Shown one piece after another: positions 1-7,541 of a stretch of 32,000 bases of DNA (position 1 is the first letter of the stretch; the number at the start of each line of letters is the position of its first letter). Location: positions 4,595 through 36,594 of the forward strand of contig CAZNIQ010000003.1 of the NCBI GenBank assembly GCA_964573185.1, written 5' to 3'. The stretch is from Candidatus Woesearchaeota archaeon (GTDB lineage Archaea > Nanobdellota > Nanobdellia > Nanobdellales > CAZNIQ01). The translations under genes were made by a program, and so were the position numbers. Under the pieces are notes generated by a model. That model was given only the letters and a program-made list of their open reading frames with translations, ran no database searches and was not told the origin of the DNA.

Positions 1-698
1 AGACTTTCCGTTAAAGGAACCTTATAAAGATCCAATAGGTAAGGATCATCTTGGAATCTTAAGAAATATGCAAAATCTTTATACTTATAAAATAGAGAAT
101 AGAAAGGCAAGGTTATAATAATTGTTGAAAGAATTACAAAAAGAAATTCTGATATATCTCTTTTTTTATGAAAAAAGAAATAAATAAATGTGAAAGCAAT
201 TAAAGAAAATAAAAACGTTGAGATATGCGTATAACCGATTAAAGAAAGAGTTAAGATATTGATTAATGGATTATTGATTAGAAGCAGGGGTATTAAACCT
301 GTAGAGAAAAATTGCGGAAAGTTCCCTTCAGGATTCAAAAGTTTTAATCTATAAAAGTTTAAATAGTAAAAGATGGTGATTATTAAAGCAAATTTCCAAT
401 CTGTGTACTTTTTGGCAATATGATAAGTAATTACCATCAAAATCAGATTTGAAAGAAAAAGAAAAACTTTTATATCAAATAATAAAGAAAGATAATAAAA
501 TAAAGGTGGATAATATAGAAACGTTGGATATCCCACATACCAAAAGTTGTCCCAGTAAAGATTTATATCCTCTTTTAATCTTTCGATTTTATATAAATGT
601 CCAAAAGCATCTCCTTCTGGAGAAAAATCAAATCTAAACAATAGAAGGAGATTAAGTAAAAATAAAATAAAATAAGGAAAATACTTTCTTATCTCCAC
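1..698 (-). CDS. Polytopic membrane protein, N-terminal part only (gene runs off the window start); possibly a GT-C-type glycosyltransferase
   Basis: Absent from the supplied ORF track because it has no stop in the window. Hand translation of the minus strand from GTG at 698 stays open down to base 3: VEIRKYFPYFILFLLNLLLLFRFDFSPEGDAFGHLYKIERLKEDINLYWDNFWYVGYPTFLYYPPLFYYLSLLFDIKVFLFLSNLILMVITYHIAKK... It shows repeated hydrophobic helices and an acidic first loop after TM1. The GTG overlaps the stop of the upstream GT2 gene. The start codon is uncertain; the first in-frame ATG is at 437. Confidence 0.5.
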   Translation of the reverse strand, partial: MEIRKYFPYFILFLLNLLLLFRFDFSPEGDAFGHLYKIERLKEDINLYWDNFWYVGYPTFLYYPPLFYYLSLLFDIKVFLFLSNLILMVITYHIAKKYTDWKFALIITIFYYLNFYRLKLLNPEGNFPQFFSTGLIPLLLINNPLINILTLSLIGYTHISTFLFSLIAFTFIYFFFHKKRDISEFLFVILSTIIITLPFYSLFYKYKDFAYFLRFQDDPYLLDLYKVPLTES

Positions 699-1933
699 CA
701 TTTCTTCTTTCTTCTAATCACATTTATTAAAGCCAATAGTTGTGATATTGCTAAAATCATCCAATAATATGCTAAGTAAATATAACTAATAATTACACTT
801 ATTCTAACTTTGTTGTGTTTTTTAATTATAAAATGATAAATTAATGCCAATATCAAAGAGATTGTAAACAAAATCCATACTCTATTTGTAAGATTTAAAT
901 AAATGTATTCAAAGATATTAAAGTCTCTGTAAGAATTTATTATATAAGATAAATCTATGTATTTTACGTTTGATAATGCCTTTGGAAAATCTCTTAATAG
1001 AAATAAAATAATGATTATTAGAAATGCTAGTAAATTATAGTAGAACGTTGTTAAAGCTAGTAAGAATAAATCCTTTTTGAAAATGTTTATATGTTCTAAA
1101 GTGTGTATAAACCATCCGTAAAACCATCTTATTCTTTGCTTTATTAACTTCCTTAATGTATTAGGAACATCAGTTTTAATTTCAACATCCGGTAGATACT
1201 TTACTTTATATCCTTTTTCAATAATTCTCAATCCATAATCTAAATCTTCATTTATACTGTTCTTATTAAAGAAACCTACTATATCTAAAGCTTCTTTTTT
1301 AACTAGAGCGCCAGTATTTACAATATACCATGAATAGTAATAAGAGAAGAGATCTTTTAGAAAGTTGGATAACGAATACTCTAGTTTTTGTAATTTTTCA
1401 ATCAAGTTTTTATCATTCCTTGGAAGGATTCTTGGAACTACTGCTAAAGTTCTTTCATCAAAGGCTAAAAGCAAGAGGGGATAATTTTTATCTAAATACG
1501 TATCTGCATCTATTATTGCAAAGAAATCAAAGTCTAAGTTTTTCAAAGCATAGTTTAAACCATAATTTAATGCGTCAGCTTTTCCACCATTCAGTTTTTT
1601 AAGGACTATTAAATTATTATATTTCTTTGTTAACTCAAAAGCTTTTTCGAAAGTTTTATCCTTTGATCCATCATCCACAACTAAAATCCAAAACTTATCT
1701 CTAGGATAATTTATTTTCTCTATGCTTTCTATTGTAGCTTGTATAGAATCCTCTTCATTATAAGCTGGAATAATGAATAATATCTTAGGAAGCCTTCCGT
1801 ACTTCTTTTTAATCTCTTCTAAAGATAATCTTATCTTTTCATCTTTTTTTAATAAATATAAGACAAAGAAGTAATTAGATAAAAATATTAGGAAGAATGC
1901 TACTAGGTATAAATATATTTCAAAGACACTCAT
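689..1933 (-). CDS. Family 2 glycosyltransferase, membrane-integrated (processive type)
   Basis: 414 aa. It has the GT-A signature IIPAYNEEDSI...VVDDGSKDKT, a DAD (DXD) motif in FAIIDADTYL and a QRIRW (QxxRW) motif, flanked by N- and C-terminal TM helices. Confidence 0.85.
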   Translation of the reverse strand: MSVFEIYLYLVAFFLIFLSNYFFVLYLLKKDEKIRLSLEEIKKKYGRLPKILFIIPAYNEEDSIQATIESIEKINYPRDKFWILVVDDGSKDKTFEKAFELTKKYNNLIVLKKLNGGKADALNYGLNYALKNLDFDFFAIIDADTYLDKNYPLLLLAFDERTLAVVPRILPRNDKNLIEKLQKLEYSLSNFLKDLFSYYYSWYIVNTGALVKKEALDIVGFFNKNSINEDLDYGLRIIEKGYKVKYLPDVEIKTDVPNTLRKLIKQRIRWFYGWFIHTLEHINIFKKDLFLLALTTFYYNLLAFLIIIILFLLRDFPKALSNVKYIDLSYIINSYRDFNIFEYIYLNLTNRVWILFTISLILALIYHFIIKKHNKVRISVIISYIYLAYYWMILAISQLLALINVIRRKKKWWR

Positions 1934-2228
1934 TGCAAATGATTATATATTTTCCATAACTTATCAAAACGCATTCTCTTGGTTTTAATTCAATCTTCCT
2001 TTCAAATCTTACGTATTTTGGGACAATATCATAATTCCTACATCCAAATCTATTAACTTCAATTAAATTTCCTTCAATTAATACTTTCCTTTCCAAAAAC
2101 CCCACTTCTTTAAAATTCAAGCATCCTTCTTTGAGTTCATCATAAACTTTAATTTTGCCTTTTTCTAAACAAAGACTCCCAGAACTTTTCTTAAAAGACC
2201 TTTCATCAGGAATATATACCTCTACCAT
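1920..2228 (-). CDS. Hypothetical small protein (102 aa), Cys-containing C-terminus (CNEC)
   Basis: The ORF overlaps the GT2 start by 14 nt (ATGAGTGTCTTTGA), which suggests co-translation. I recognise no family. Confidence 0.45.
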   Translation of the reverse strand: MVEVYIPDERSFKKSSGSLCLEKGKIKVYDELKEGCLNFKEVGFLERKVLIEGNLIEVNRFGCRNYDIVPKYVRFERKIELKPRECVLISYGKYIIICNECL

Positions 2229-2261
2229 TAAACTTTTTAATATAGAATAAAAATTTTAATT

Positions 2262-2708
2262 ATGAAGGTCCCATTGCAACCTCTGGGAAAACAAGACATA
2301 CATTTATTGGAAACAGCTTTGTTAGTAATGGCTTTATTTGATCCAGAAGTAATGAAAGAAATAAAGGATCCTGAAAAAAGAGTTACTTGGTTAGATTCCT
2401 TAGCAGTTGCCGCAGCTGCATTTGCAAGAAGAAAAGCTGGAATGTCTATACCTGAAATTGCAGAAGAATTGGGAAGAACAGAATCAACAATAAGAAATCA
2501 TTTGGAAGGAAAAACAAAAGCTGGACAAATAATACAGAAGGTTTACGAGAGATTAGTAAAATCTGGAGGTGAGGTAGAAATAACAATTGGTGAGGAAGCT
2601 GTAGCCTCAAAGAAATTAGAAGAAATTAAGAAAAAATTAGAAGAGATGGAAGAACATCTTAAGAAAGTAGTAGAAATTTTTGATGAGGTAAAGAAAGCTC
2701 TTGAATAA
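2262..2708 (+). CDS. Helix-turn-helix protein with C-terminal coiled coil (putative transcriptional regulator)
   Basis: 148 aa. The segment GMSIPEIAEELGRTESTIRNHLEG resembles a sigma-70 region 4 / LuxR-type HTH. The C-terminal KKLEEIKKKLEEMEEHLKK heptad region suggests a coiled coil. A TATA-like ctttttaatata is centred about 24 nt upstream of the ATG. Confidence 0.55.
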   Translation: MKVPLQPLGKQDIHLLETALLVMALFDPEVMKEIKDPEKRVTWLDSLAVAAAAFARRKAGMSIPEIAEELGRTESTIRNHLEGKTKAGQIIQKVYERLVKSGGEVEITIGEEAVASKKLEEIKKKLEEMEEHLKKVVEIFDEVKKALE

Positions 2709-2717
2709 TTTTTTCTT

Positions 2718-3416
2718 ATGACTATTTTTGTAAAGAATAAGCAAATAGTTGTTCCCGGAACATTAATTGCTGAAGGAAACTATAATGTTGTAGGGCCATG
2801 TATCAAAGAAGGAACTAGGTATTATGCTACAACAGTATCTTTAGTAGAATTCAAAGAAAACGGAATAAAATTAACACCACTATCCGGAATATATTTTCCT
2901 AAAGTTGGCGATCTTGTTATAGGTAAAATAATTGAAGTAACACCTGTTGGATGGTTTGTAGATATAAATAGCCCTTATAGAGCTTTTCTAGCTTTAAAAG
3001 AAGGTGTTAATGAATTTGTAGACATAACTAGAACGGATATTTCAAAATATTATGATGAAGGAGAATATATATTATGCAAGGTAATAAATGTTTCTAAGAG
3101 AGGGATAGTACATGTTTCCACTAAAGAAACAAAATTTAGGAAAATAAAAGAAGGACTAATAATTTCAATAACACCATCAAAAGTTCCCAGAGTCATTGGA
3201 AAAGGGGGATCTATGGTAAAGATGATTAAAGAAATTACAGGTGCACAAGTTATAGTGGGACAAAATGGAAGGGTATGGATTAAAGCTGAAAATCCTGAAA
3301 TAGAAACGTTAGTTGCACAGGCTATTCAGATGATTGATAAAGCCTCTCACATTTCGGGTTTAACTGAAAAAGTAAAAAGATTTTTAGAAGAGAATATAAA
3401 AAATATTAAGAAATAA
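2718..3416 (+). CDS. rrp4: Exosome complex RNA-binding subunit Rrp4 (N-terminal domain + S1 + KH)
   Basis: 232 aa. S1 domain: KVGDLVIGKIIEVTPVGWFVDINSPYRAFL. KH domain with GXXG: KVPRVIGKGGSMVKMIKEITGAQVIVGQNGRVWI. Length and domain order fit Rrp4 rather than Csl4. Confidence 0.85.
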   Translation: MTIFVKNKQIVVPGTLIAEGNYNVVGPCIKEGTRYYATTVSLVEFKENGIKLTPLSGIYFPKVGDLVIGKIIEVTPVGWFVDINSPYRAFLALKEGVNEFVDITRTDISKYYDEGEYILCKVINVSKRGIVHVSTKETKFRKIKEGLIISITPSKVPRVIGKGGSMVKMIKEITGAQVIVGQNGRVWIKAENPEIETLVAQAIQMIDKASHISGLTEKVKRFLEENIKNIKK

Positions 3417-3903
3417 CTTTTATTTCTACAGATTCTATACCTTTCTCGAAACTAAATTTTGTGTGTATTAATATATCTTTCTTCTTTTCTAATGCAACTT
3501 TTATAGCCTCTAATATTTTTTCTTTAGGTGTTACCACCCACATTAAGCCATCTAATCCTATAGCAAATAAATCCAAAGCTGTTTTTGCCTTATAATTTTT
3601 TAATATATATTCATGAAAGATTTCCGAGCTAATTGCTCTAGAAGCTTCACCAGCGATTGTTCTTATTAGATTAATAGTATACTCTTCATTCAACATTTTA
3701 TCTATCGGTTGTTCCTCCTCAGATATCTTTTCTCCTCTTCTCTTTTTCCAAATATTTAAAGCAGCTTCCCTTCTTTTTTCAAAATATCTAAAATCATAAT
3801 CAAATACTAAAACTCTTAAATTATGCCTTAAATTTATTGAATAAAAATTAACAAACTTCAAGTTTCCATTTTCATAAATTTCTTCGAGAATATATAAAAA
3901 CAT
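3406..3903 (-). CDS. Hypothetical protein (165 aa), translationally coupled to rpl18e
   Basis: Its start ATG shares one base with the L18e stop (TAATG at 3901-3905). I recognise no motifs. Its 3' end overlaps the rrp4 3' end convergently by 11 nt. Confidence 0.5.
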   Translation of the reverse strand: MFLYILEEIYENGNLKFVNFYSINLRHNLRVLVFDYDFRYFEKRREAALNIWKKRRGEKISEEEQPIDKMLNEEYTINLIRTIAGEASRAISSEIFHEYILKNYKAKTALDLFAIGLDGLMWVVTPKEKILEAIKVALEKKKDILIHTKFSFEKGIESVEIKVIS

Positions 3904-4268
3904 TAGATTATTATTTTTACAAATGATCCCTTTGGATTTCTTTTTACTAATTCTTCTATACTTATAGCTTCCCCTCCTATCTTTTCAATTTTCTTTTTAG
4001 CAGATTCAGAAAATCTCCAAGCAGCAACAGTAACTTTATGATCTAAAATTCCGCCTCCTAGAACTTTCCCGGGAACAACTACAGTTTCTCCTTCTTTTGT
4101 TAATCTATTTATTTTTCCAATATTTACTTCAATTCTTTGCCTTGTAGGTTTATTTAATAATTCTGCTACATACTTCCATATTCTTGCTTTATATTGATTT
4201 GAAGCTTTTTCCAAGAATCTGATTAGCTTTCTTAAATGAACATTTGTTGGACCAGTTCTCTTAACCAT
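3903..4268 (-). CDS. rpl18e: 50S ribosomal protein L18e
   Basis: 121 aa. The N-terminus [21 protein letters not shown] and the overall length are typical of archaeal L18e. Confidence 0.9.
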   Translation of the reverse strand: MVKRTGPTNVHLRKLIRFLEKASNQYKARIWKYVAELLNKPTRQRIEVNIGKINRLTKEGETVVVPGKVLGGGILDHKVTVAAWRFSESAKKKIEKIGGEAISIEELVKRNPKGSFVKIII

Positions 4269-4305
4269 TGAAAATGTTTAAAGATATTGTTTTTAAAGCT
4301 TCTTG

Positions 4306-5124
4306 ATGCATCAGTACAAAAACGCCTTACAATGGACAATATTCTTTATCTTGTTAGCAGTTGCGTTAGCGATGTTATTGTTCGGGAACATTATCCTAAA
4401 GATTTTAGGGTTTATTTTATTAATTTACGTATTATCTGGAATTAGAGTAATCTATGAATACGAAAGGGGAGTTTTATTTATTTTAGGAAAATACATTGGC
4501 TTGTTAAGTCCGGGTTTGGTCTGGATCATTCCTATTTTACAAGATTTAAGAAAAGTTGATTTAAGAATACAGTCTGTTGACATCCCACCTCAGGAAGTTA
4601 TGACAAAAGATAACGTACCGGTTAAAGTTAACGGTGTTGTTTTCTTTAGGGTAGAATATCCTGATAAAGCAATTCTGAACGTAAAAGATTATAAGTTAGC
4701 AACCGTACTATATGCACAAACAGTTTTAAGAGATATTATAGGAAATGTTGAGCTAGATGAATTACTACAGAAAAGAGAGGAAATTGGAGAGAGAATAAGA
4801 AAAGTAGTTGATGAAATAACAGATCAGTGGGGTATAGATGTTACAGGAGTTAGAATTCAAGATATAGTAATTCCTGAAGAAATAAAGAGAGCTATTGCTA
4901 GGCAAGCAGAAGCTGAAAGAGAAAAAAGAGCCGTAATTATAAAGTCTGAAGGAGAATTAAAAGCTGCAGAGAACTTACAGAAAGCTGCTGAAATTTTAGC
5001 AAAAGTACCGGAAGCTATAACATTAAGAGTTCTACATACTTTAACAGATATTTCTGGTGATCCGAATCAGAAAGTAATAATATTATTACCTACAGATATC
5101 GTTAAAATTTTGAAGAAAGAATAA
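4306..5124 (+). CDS. Stomatin/prohibitin-homology (SPFH, band 7) membrane protein
   Basis: N-terminal TM helices are followed by YERGVLFILGKY...VDLRIQSVDIPPQEVMTKDNVPVKVNGVVFFRV and a C-terminal AEAEREKRA coiled region. The track start at 4303 is a TTG; the adjacent ATG at 4306 is the more likely start. Confidence 0.9.
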   Translation: MHQYKNALQWTIFFILLAVALAMLLFGNIILKILGFILLIYVLSGIRVIYEYERGVLFILGKYIGLLSPGLVWIIPILQDLRKVDLRIQSVDIPPQEVMTKDNVPVKVNGVVFFRVEYPDKAILNVKDYKLATVLYAQTVLRDIIGNVELDELLQKREEIGERIRKVVDEITDQWGIDVTGVRIQDIVIPEEIKRAIARQAEAEREKRAVIIKSEGELKAAENLQKAAEILAKVPEAITLRVLHTLTDISGDPNQKVIILLPTDIVKILKKE

Positions 5125-5127
5125 AAG

Positions 5128-6876
5128 TTATTTTTTCTTTTTTAATTCTTTATATTTTTGGTAAAGCTTGTATCCAATTTCCTTTTCTTTTTCTTTAATC
5201 TCAGAACATGCTTGTAAAACAATTTCTTTTGCTTCCTCAATAGTTTTTTCTTTTAAATAAACTTTTCCCTTCTCAATTAAATGCAAATTCTTCTCTAACT
5301 TTCTAGTTAACTCCACAGAGAAAATTTCAGGAATATATTGCTCTAAAATTTCTATAACAACTCTCCCCAAAGTAGTTATCTGTATAGCCTTCCTTCCTTT
5401 TATATACCTTCTTTTATAGAGAATATAAACTATCTGAGGTCTTGTAGCTTTTGTACCTAATTCCAATTCCTCTAATTTTTTAACTAAAGAAGCAGGAGAG
5501 TATCTTGGTGGAGGTTCAGTATACCTTTTCTCTATTTTTGGATATCCTCTCAAAATTTCACCTTCTTTAAATAAAATACTTTCAAACTCTTTAGAATAAA
5601 TTTTCCAATAAACTCTTATCCATTCACTTTCTAGAAGCCTGTCTTTGAATTTATATTCATAAATAAAGGGTATATCATTGCTTCTAGCAAGAACTTTTAT
5701 ATAATAATAGTAAGAGTGATCCAAAAATGTTGCAATAAATCTTCTAACAACTAAATCGTAAATTAAGAATTCTTTTTTATTAAGATTCTTAGGAATTTCT
5801 CCTGTGGGATGAATCGCTGGATGAACGTCATCTTTAGGTCCATTATTTGGAATTAATTTTTCTTTTCTCAAAGTTATAGCAATATATTCTTTATATAAGT
5901 TTATTTTACTTAAACTTTCAAAAATTTCTCTAAAATTTATTGTAAATGGCAATTTTTGAGATTCAGTTCTAGGATATGAAATATATCCTTGTTCGTAAAG
6001 CTTCTGGGCAATATCTAATGTTCTTTTAGGAGAAATTCTATACAATTTCCATGCATCTTGCTGAAGATCTGATAAATTATAAGGATAGGGAGGATTTAAT
6101 ATTACTTTCTTTTTAATTACTTTTTCTATTTTTAAATAATTATTACATCTATTTTTTAATTCCAAAGCTTGTTTATAATCTTTAATTATATTTGGATACA
6201 TAAATTTAGCCTTTGTTTGGAAAAATAATAAATAATATGGTTCTGGCTTAAAGCTTTCTATCTCTCTTTCTCTTTCGTAAACTAATTTTAGTGTAGGTCC
6301 TTGTACTCTTCCTATACTTAACACCACTTTTTTAACATAGTGTCTGATAGCTTTTGTTAATGCTCTAGAGAGATTTATTCCATAAATCCAATCAACGATA
6401 TGCCTTGTTTCTCCAGCTAAAGCAAAAGATAAATTCATCTCTTTCAAATTATAGAAAGCATAAAGAATGTCTTTTCTAGTAATTGCAGAAAAAATCATCC
6501 TATAAGCATTATTTCTATTAAAGATAAACCTTAATATATTATATCCAATTAATTCTCCTTCTATATCATAATCGGTTGCAATAATTATTTTATTTTCATT
6601 TCTAAATCTCTTTAGAATATTTATAAATTTCTTTTTAACATAAATTTTATCCTCTATATAAGCAGGAACCCATTTATAATTAAAAGAAGGATAATACATA
6701 TCTTTTCTTAAATCAGATAAAGTAAAAAGGTGTCCTAAAGCAGAAGTAATGTAAACTTTTTCATTATTCAATTTAAAATAAATTAGAGGTGGAAATTTTG
6801 AAAGAACTTTAAACTTATTAGATAAAAAACTAGCAATCTTCCTTGCAACAGAAGGTTTTTCTGCAATTATAAGCAT
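5128..6876 (-). CDS. topA: DNA topoisomerase type IA (Topo I/III-like core, no C-terminal zinc fingers)
   Basis: 582 aa. Motifs seen: Toprim MLIIAEKPSVARKIA, acidic cluster TDYDIEGELIG, active-site tyrosine GYISYPRTES, HPAIHPTG, and TEPPPRYSPASLV...GTKATRPQI. Confidence 0.9.
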   Translation of the reverse strand: MLIIAEKPSVARKIASFLSNKFKVLSKFPPLIYFKLNNEKVYITSALGHLFTLSDLRKDMYYPSFNYKWVPAYIEDKIYVKKKFINILKRFRNENKIIIATDYDIEGELIGYNILRFIFNRNNAYRMIFSAITRKDILYAFYNLKEMNLSFALAGETRHIVDWIYGINLSRALTKAIRHYVKKVVLSIGRVQGPTLKLVYEREREIESFKPEPYYLLFFQTKAKFMYPNIIKDYKQALELKNRCNNYLKIEKVIKKKVILNPPYPYNLSDLQQDAWKLYRISPKRTLDIAQKLYEQGYISYPRTESQKLPFTINFREIFESLSKINLYKEYIAITLRKEKLIPNNGPKDDVHPAIHPTGEIPKNLNKKEFLIYDLVVRRFIATFLDHSYYYYIKVLARSNDIPFIYEYKFKDRLLESEWIRVYWKIYSKEFESILFKEGEILRGYPKIEKRYTEPPPRYSPASLVKKLEELELGTKATRPQIVYILYKRRYIKGRKAIQITTLGRVVIEILEQYIPEIFSVELTRKLEKNLHLIEKGKVYLKEKTIEEAKEIVLQACSEIKEKEKEIGYKLYQKYKELKKKK

Positions 6877-6885
6877 TAAAATTTT
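6876..6885 (+). promoter_or_regulatory. Putative TATA box for the + strand sRNA locus
   Basis: ttaaaatttt is centred about 25 nt upstream of the GUGAUGA C box at 6906. Confidence 0.35.
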
Positions 6886-6893
6886 CTAGAGAA

Positions 6894-6905
6894 TAAAAAT
6901 TTATA
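6894..6905 (-). promoter_or_regulatory. Putative TATA box for the topoisomerase gene
   Basis: The minus strand reads tataaattttta, centred about 23 nt upstream of the ATG at 6876. This implies a leaderless or near-leaderless transcript. Confidence 0.35.
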
Positions 6906-7004
6906 GTGATGAAGACCCAGGACTCTGAGACCCCGGTAACCCCGAAGGGCCAGAGATCCCGTAAAGGGTTACGATGAAGGCCCGGTCCTTATCCGGGGTA
7001 TCTA
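6906..7004 (+). ncRNA. GC-rich structured RNA: C box, 12-nt guide and D' box module followed by a multi-stem GC-rich element and a degenerate C'-like GAUGA
   Basis: GUGAUGA (6906-6912), then the 12-nt AGACCCAGGACU, then CUGA (6925-6928). After that come complementary segments ACCCCGG (6930-6936)/CCGGGGU (6993-6999) and UAACCC (6937-6942)/GGGUUA (6966-6971), and CGAUGA at 6972-6977. GC content is far above the local background. No matching D box follows within 12 nt of the C'-like box. Confidence 0.4.
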
Positions 7005-7051
7005 TGATGAGCGGTGAGGAACTGATTACTGATGATGGTGATCCGGACTGA
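7005..7051 (+). ncRNA. C/D box sRNA (2'-O-methylation guide)
   Basis: The architecture is canonical for archaea. C box UGAUGA (7005-7010), 11-nt guide GCGGUGAGGAA, D' CUGA (7022-7025), 4-nt spacer UUAC, C' UGAUGA (7030-7035), 12-nt guide UGGUGAUCCGGA, D CUGA (7048-7051). Confidence 0.75.
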
Positions 7052-7541
7052 TCTTGAATTTCACATCTATTTTATTTTTCTTTAATTCTAAAATAGCAAC
7101 GCTTTTAGTTACTATTGGATATTCTCCGGAAGCAACACCCGTAGCTGTTCCAGGGTTTACATAGTAGATCCCTTGGTAATATGTAAACAGAGGTAAATGT
7201 GTATGTCCAAAGATTACTATCTTTGCATTTTTTGCTTTAGCATATTCATATATTTGATCTAAATCCCCCCTAGGATAGACTTCATCTGAGTGAAATACAA
7301 ATATCCTCCATCCTTCTATATCTAAAACCAATTCTCTTGGCAGATCTAAGTAATCTGTATTTCCTTGTACAGCTTTGACTTCGGCAATCGTTTCTAACTC
7401 TTCAAGGACTTTTGGATCATTTATATCTCCAGTATGGATGATTAAATCTACCTTTTCTTTTTCAAACCATTCTAAGAATTCCTCCGGTATTTTGCTAGCT
7501 CTCCTTGGTATATGAGTATCCCCTATTAATCCTAATTTCAT
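7026..7541 (-). CDS. Metallophosphoesterase, YfcE/MJ0936 family
   Basis: Motifs MKLGLIGDTHIP, HTGDIND and GHTHLP. The track start (TTG at 7580) adds 13 non-conserved residues, so the ATG at 7541 is preferred. The last 8 codons (ISPDHHHQ) are antisense to the C/D sRNA. Confidence 0.85.
   Translation of the reverse strand: MKLGLIGDTHIPRRASKIPEEFLEWFEKEKVDLIIHTGDINDPKVLEELETIAEVKAVQGNTDYLDLPRELVLDIEGWRIFVFHSDEVYPRGDLDQIYEYAKAKNAKIVIFGHTHLPLFTYYQGIYYVNPGTATGVASGEYPIVTKSVAILELKKNKIDVKFKISPDHHHQ

Noticed and set aside
449-637. 62-aa + strand ORF in the supplied track
   Set aside because: It lies entirely antisense to a much longer open minus-strand frame (698 to the window edge) that encodes a coherent polytopic membrane protein. 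It is low-complexity and Lys-rich, so it is most likely a shadow ORF.
1330-1602. 90-aa + strand ORF inside the GT2 gene
   Set aside because: It is antisense to a gene with clear GT2 motifs, and its composition is typical of an AT-rich antisense frame.
5128-6876. Possibility that the topoisomerase is the C-terminal half of a split reverse gyrase
   Set aside because: The Toprim N-terminus reads IIAEKPSVARKIA, the Topo I/III type, rather than the VESPxKA type seen in reverse gyrase topoisomerase modules. The ORF is also a complete type IA core on its own.
6929-7004. GC-rich element as a tRNA half, an H/ACA sRNA or an SRP/RNase P RNA fragment
   Set aside because: It has no D-arm or T-arm consensus (no GTTCRAAT-type loop) and no ACA/ANA box at the right distance after the hairpin. 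The lower and upper stems abut on the 5' side, so there is no two-sided pseudouridylation pocket. It is far too short for SRP or RNase P RNA. It is kept only as an unclassified structured RNA.
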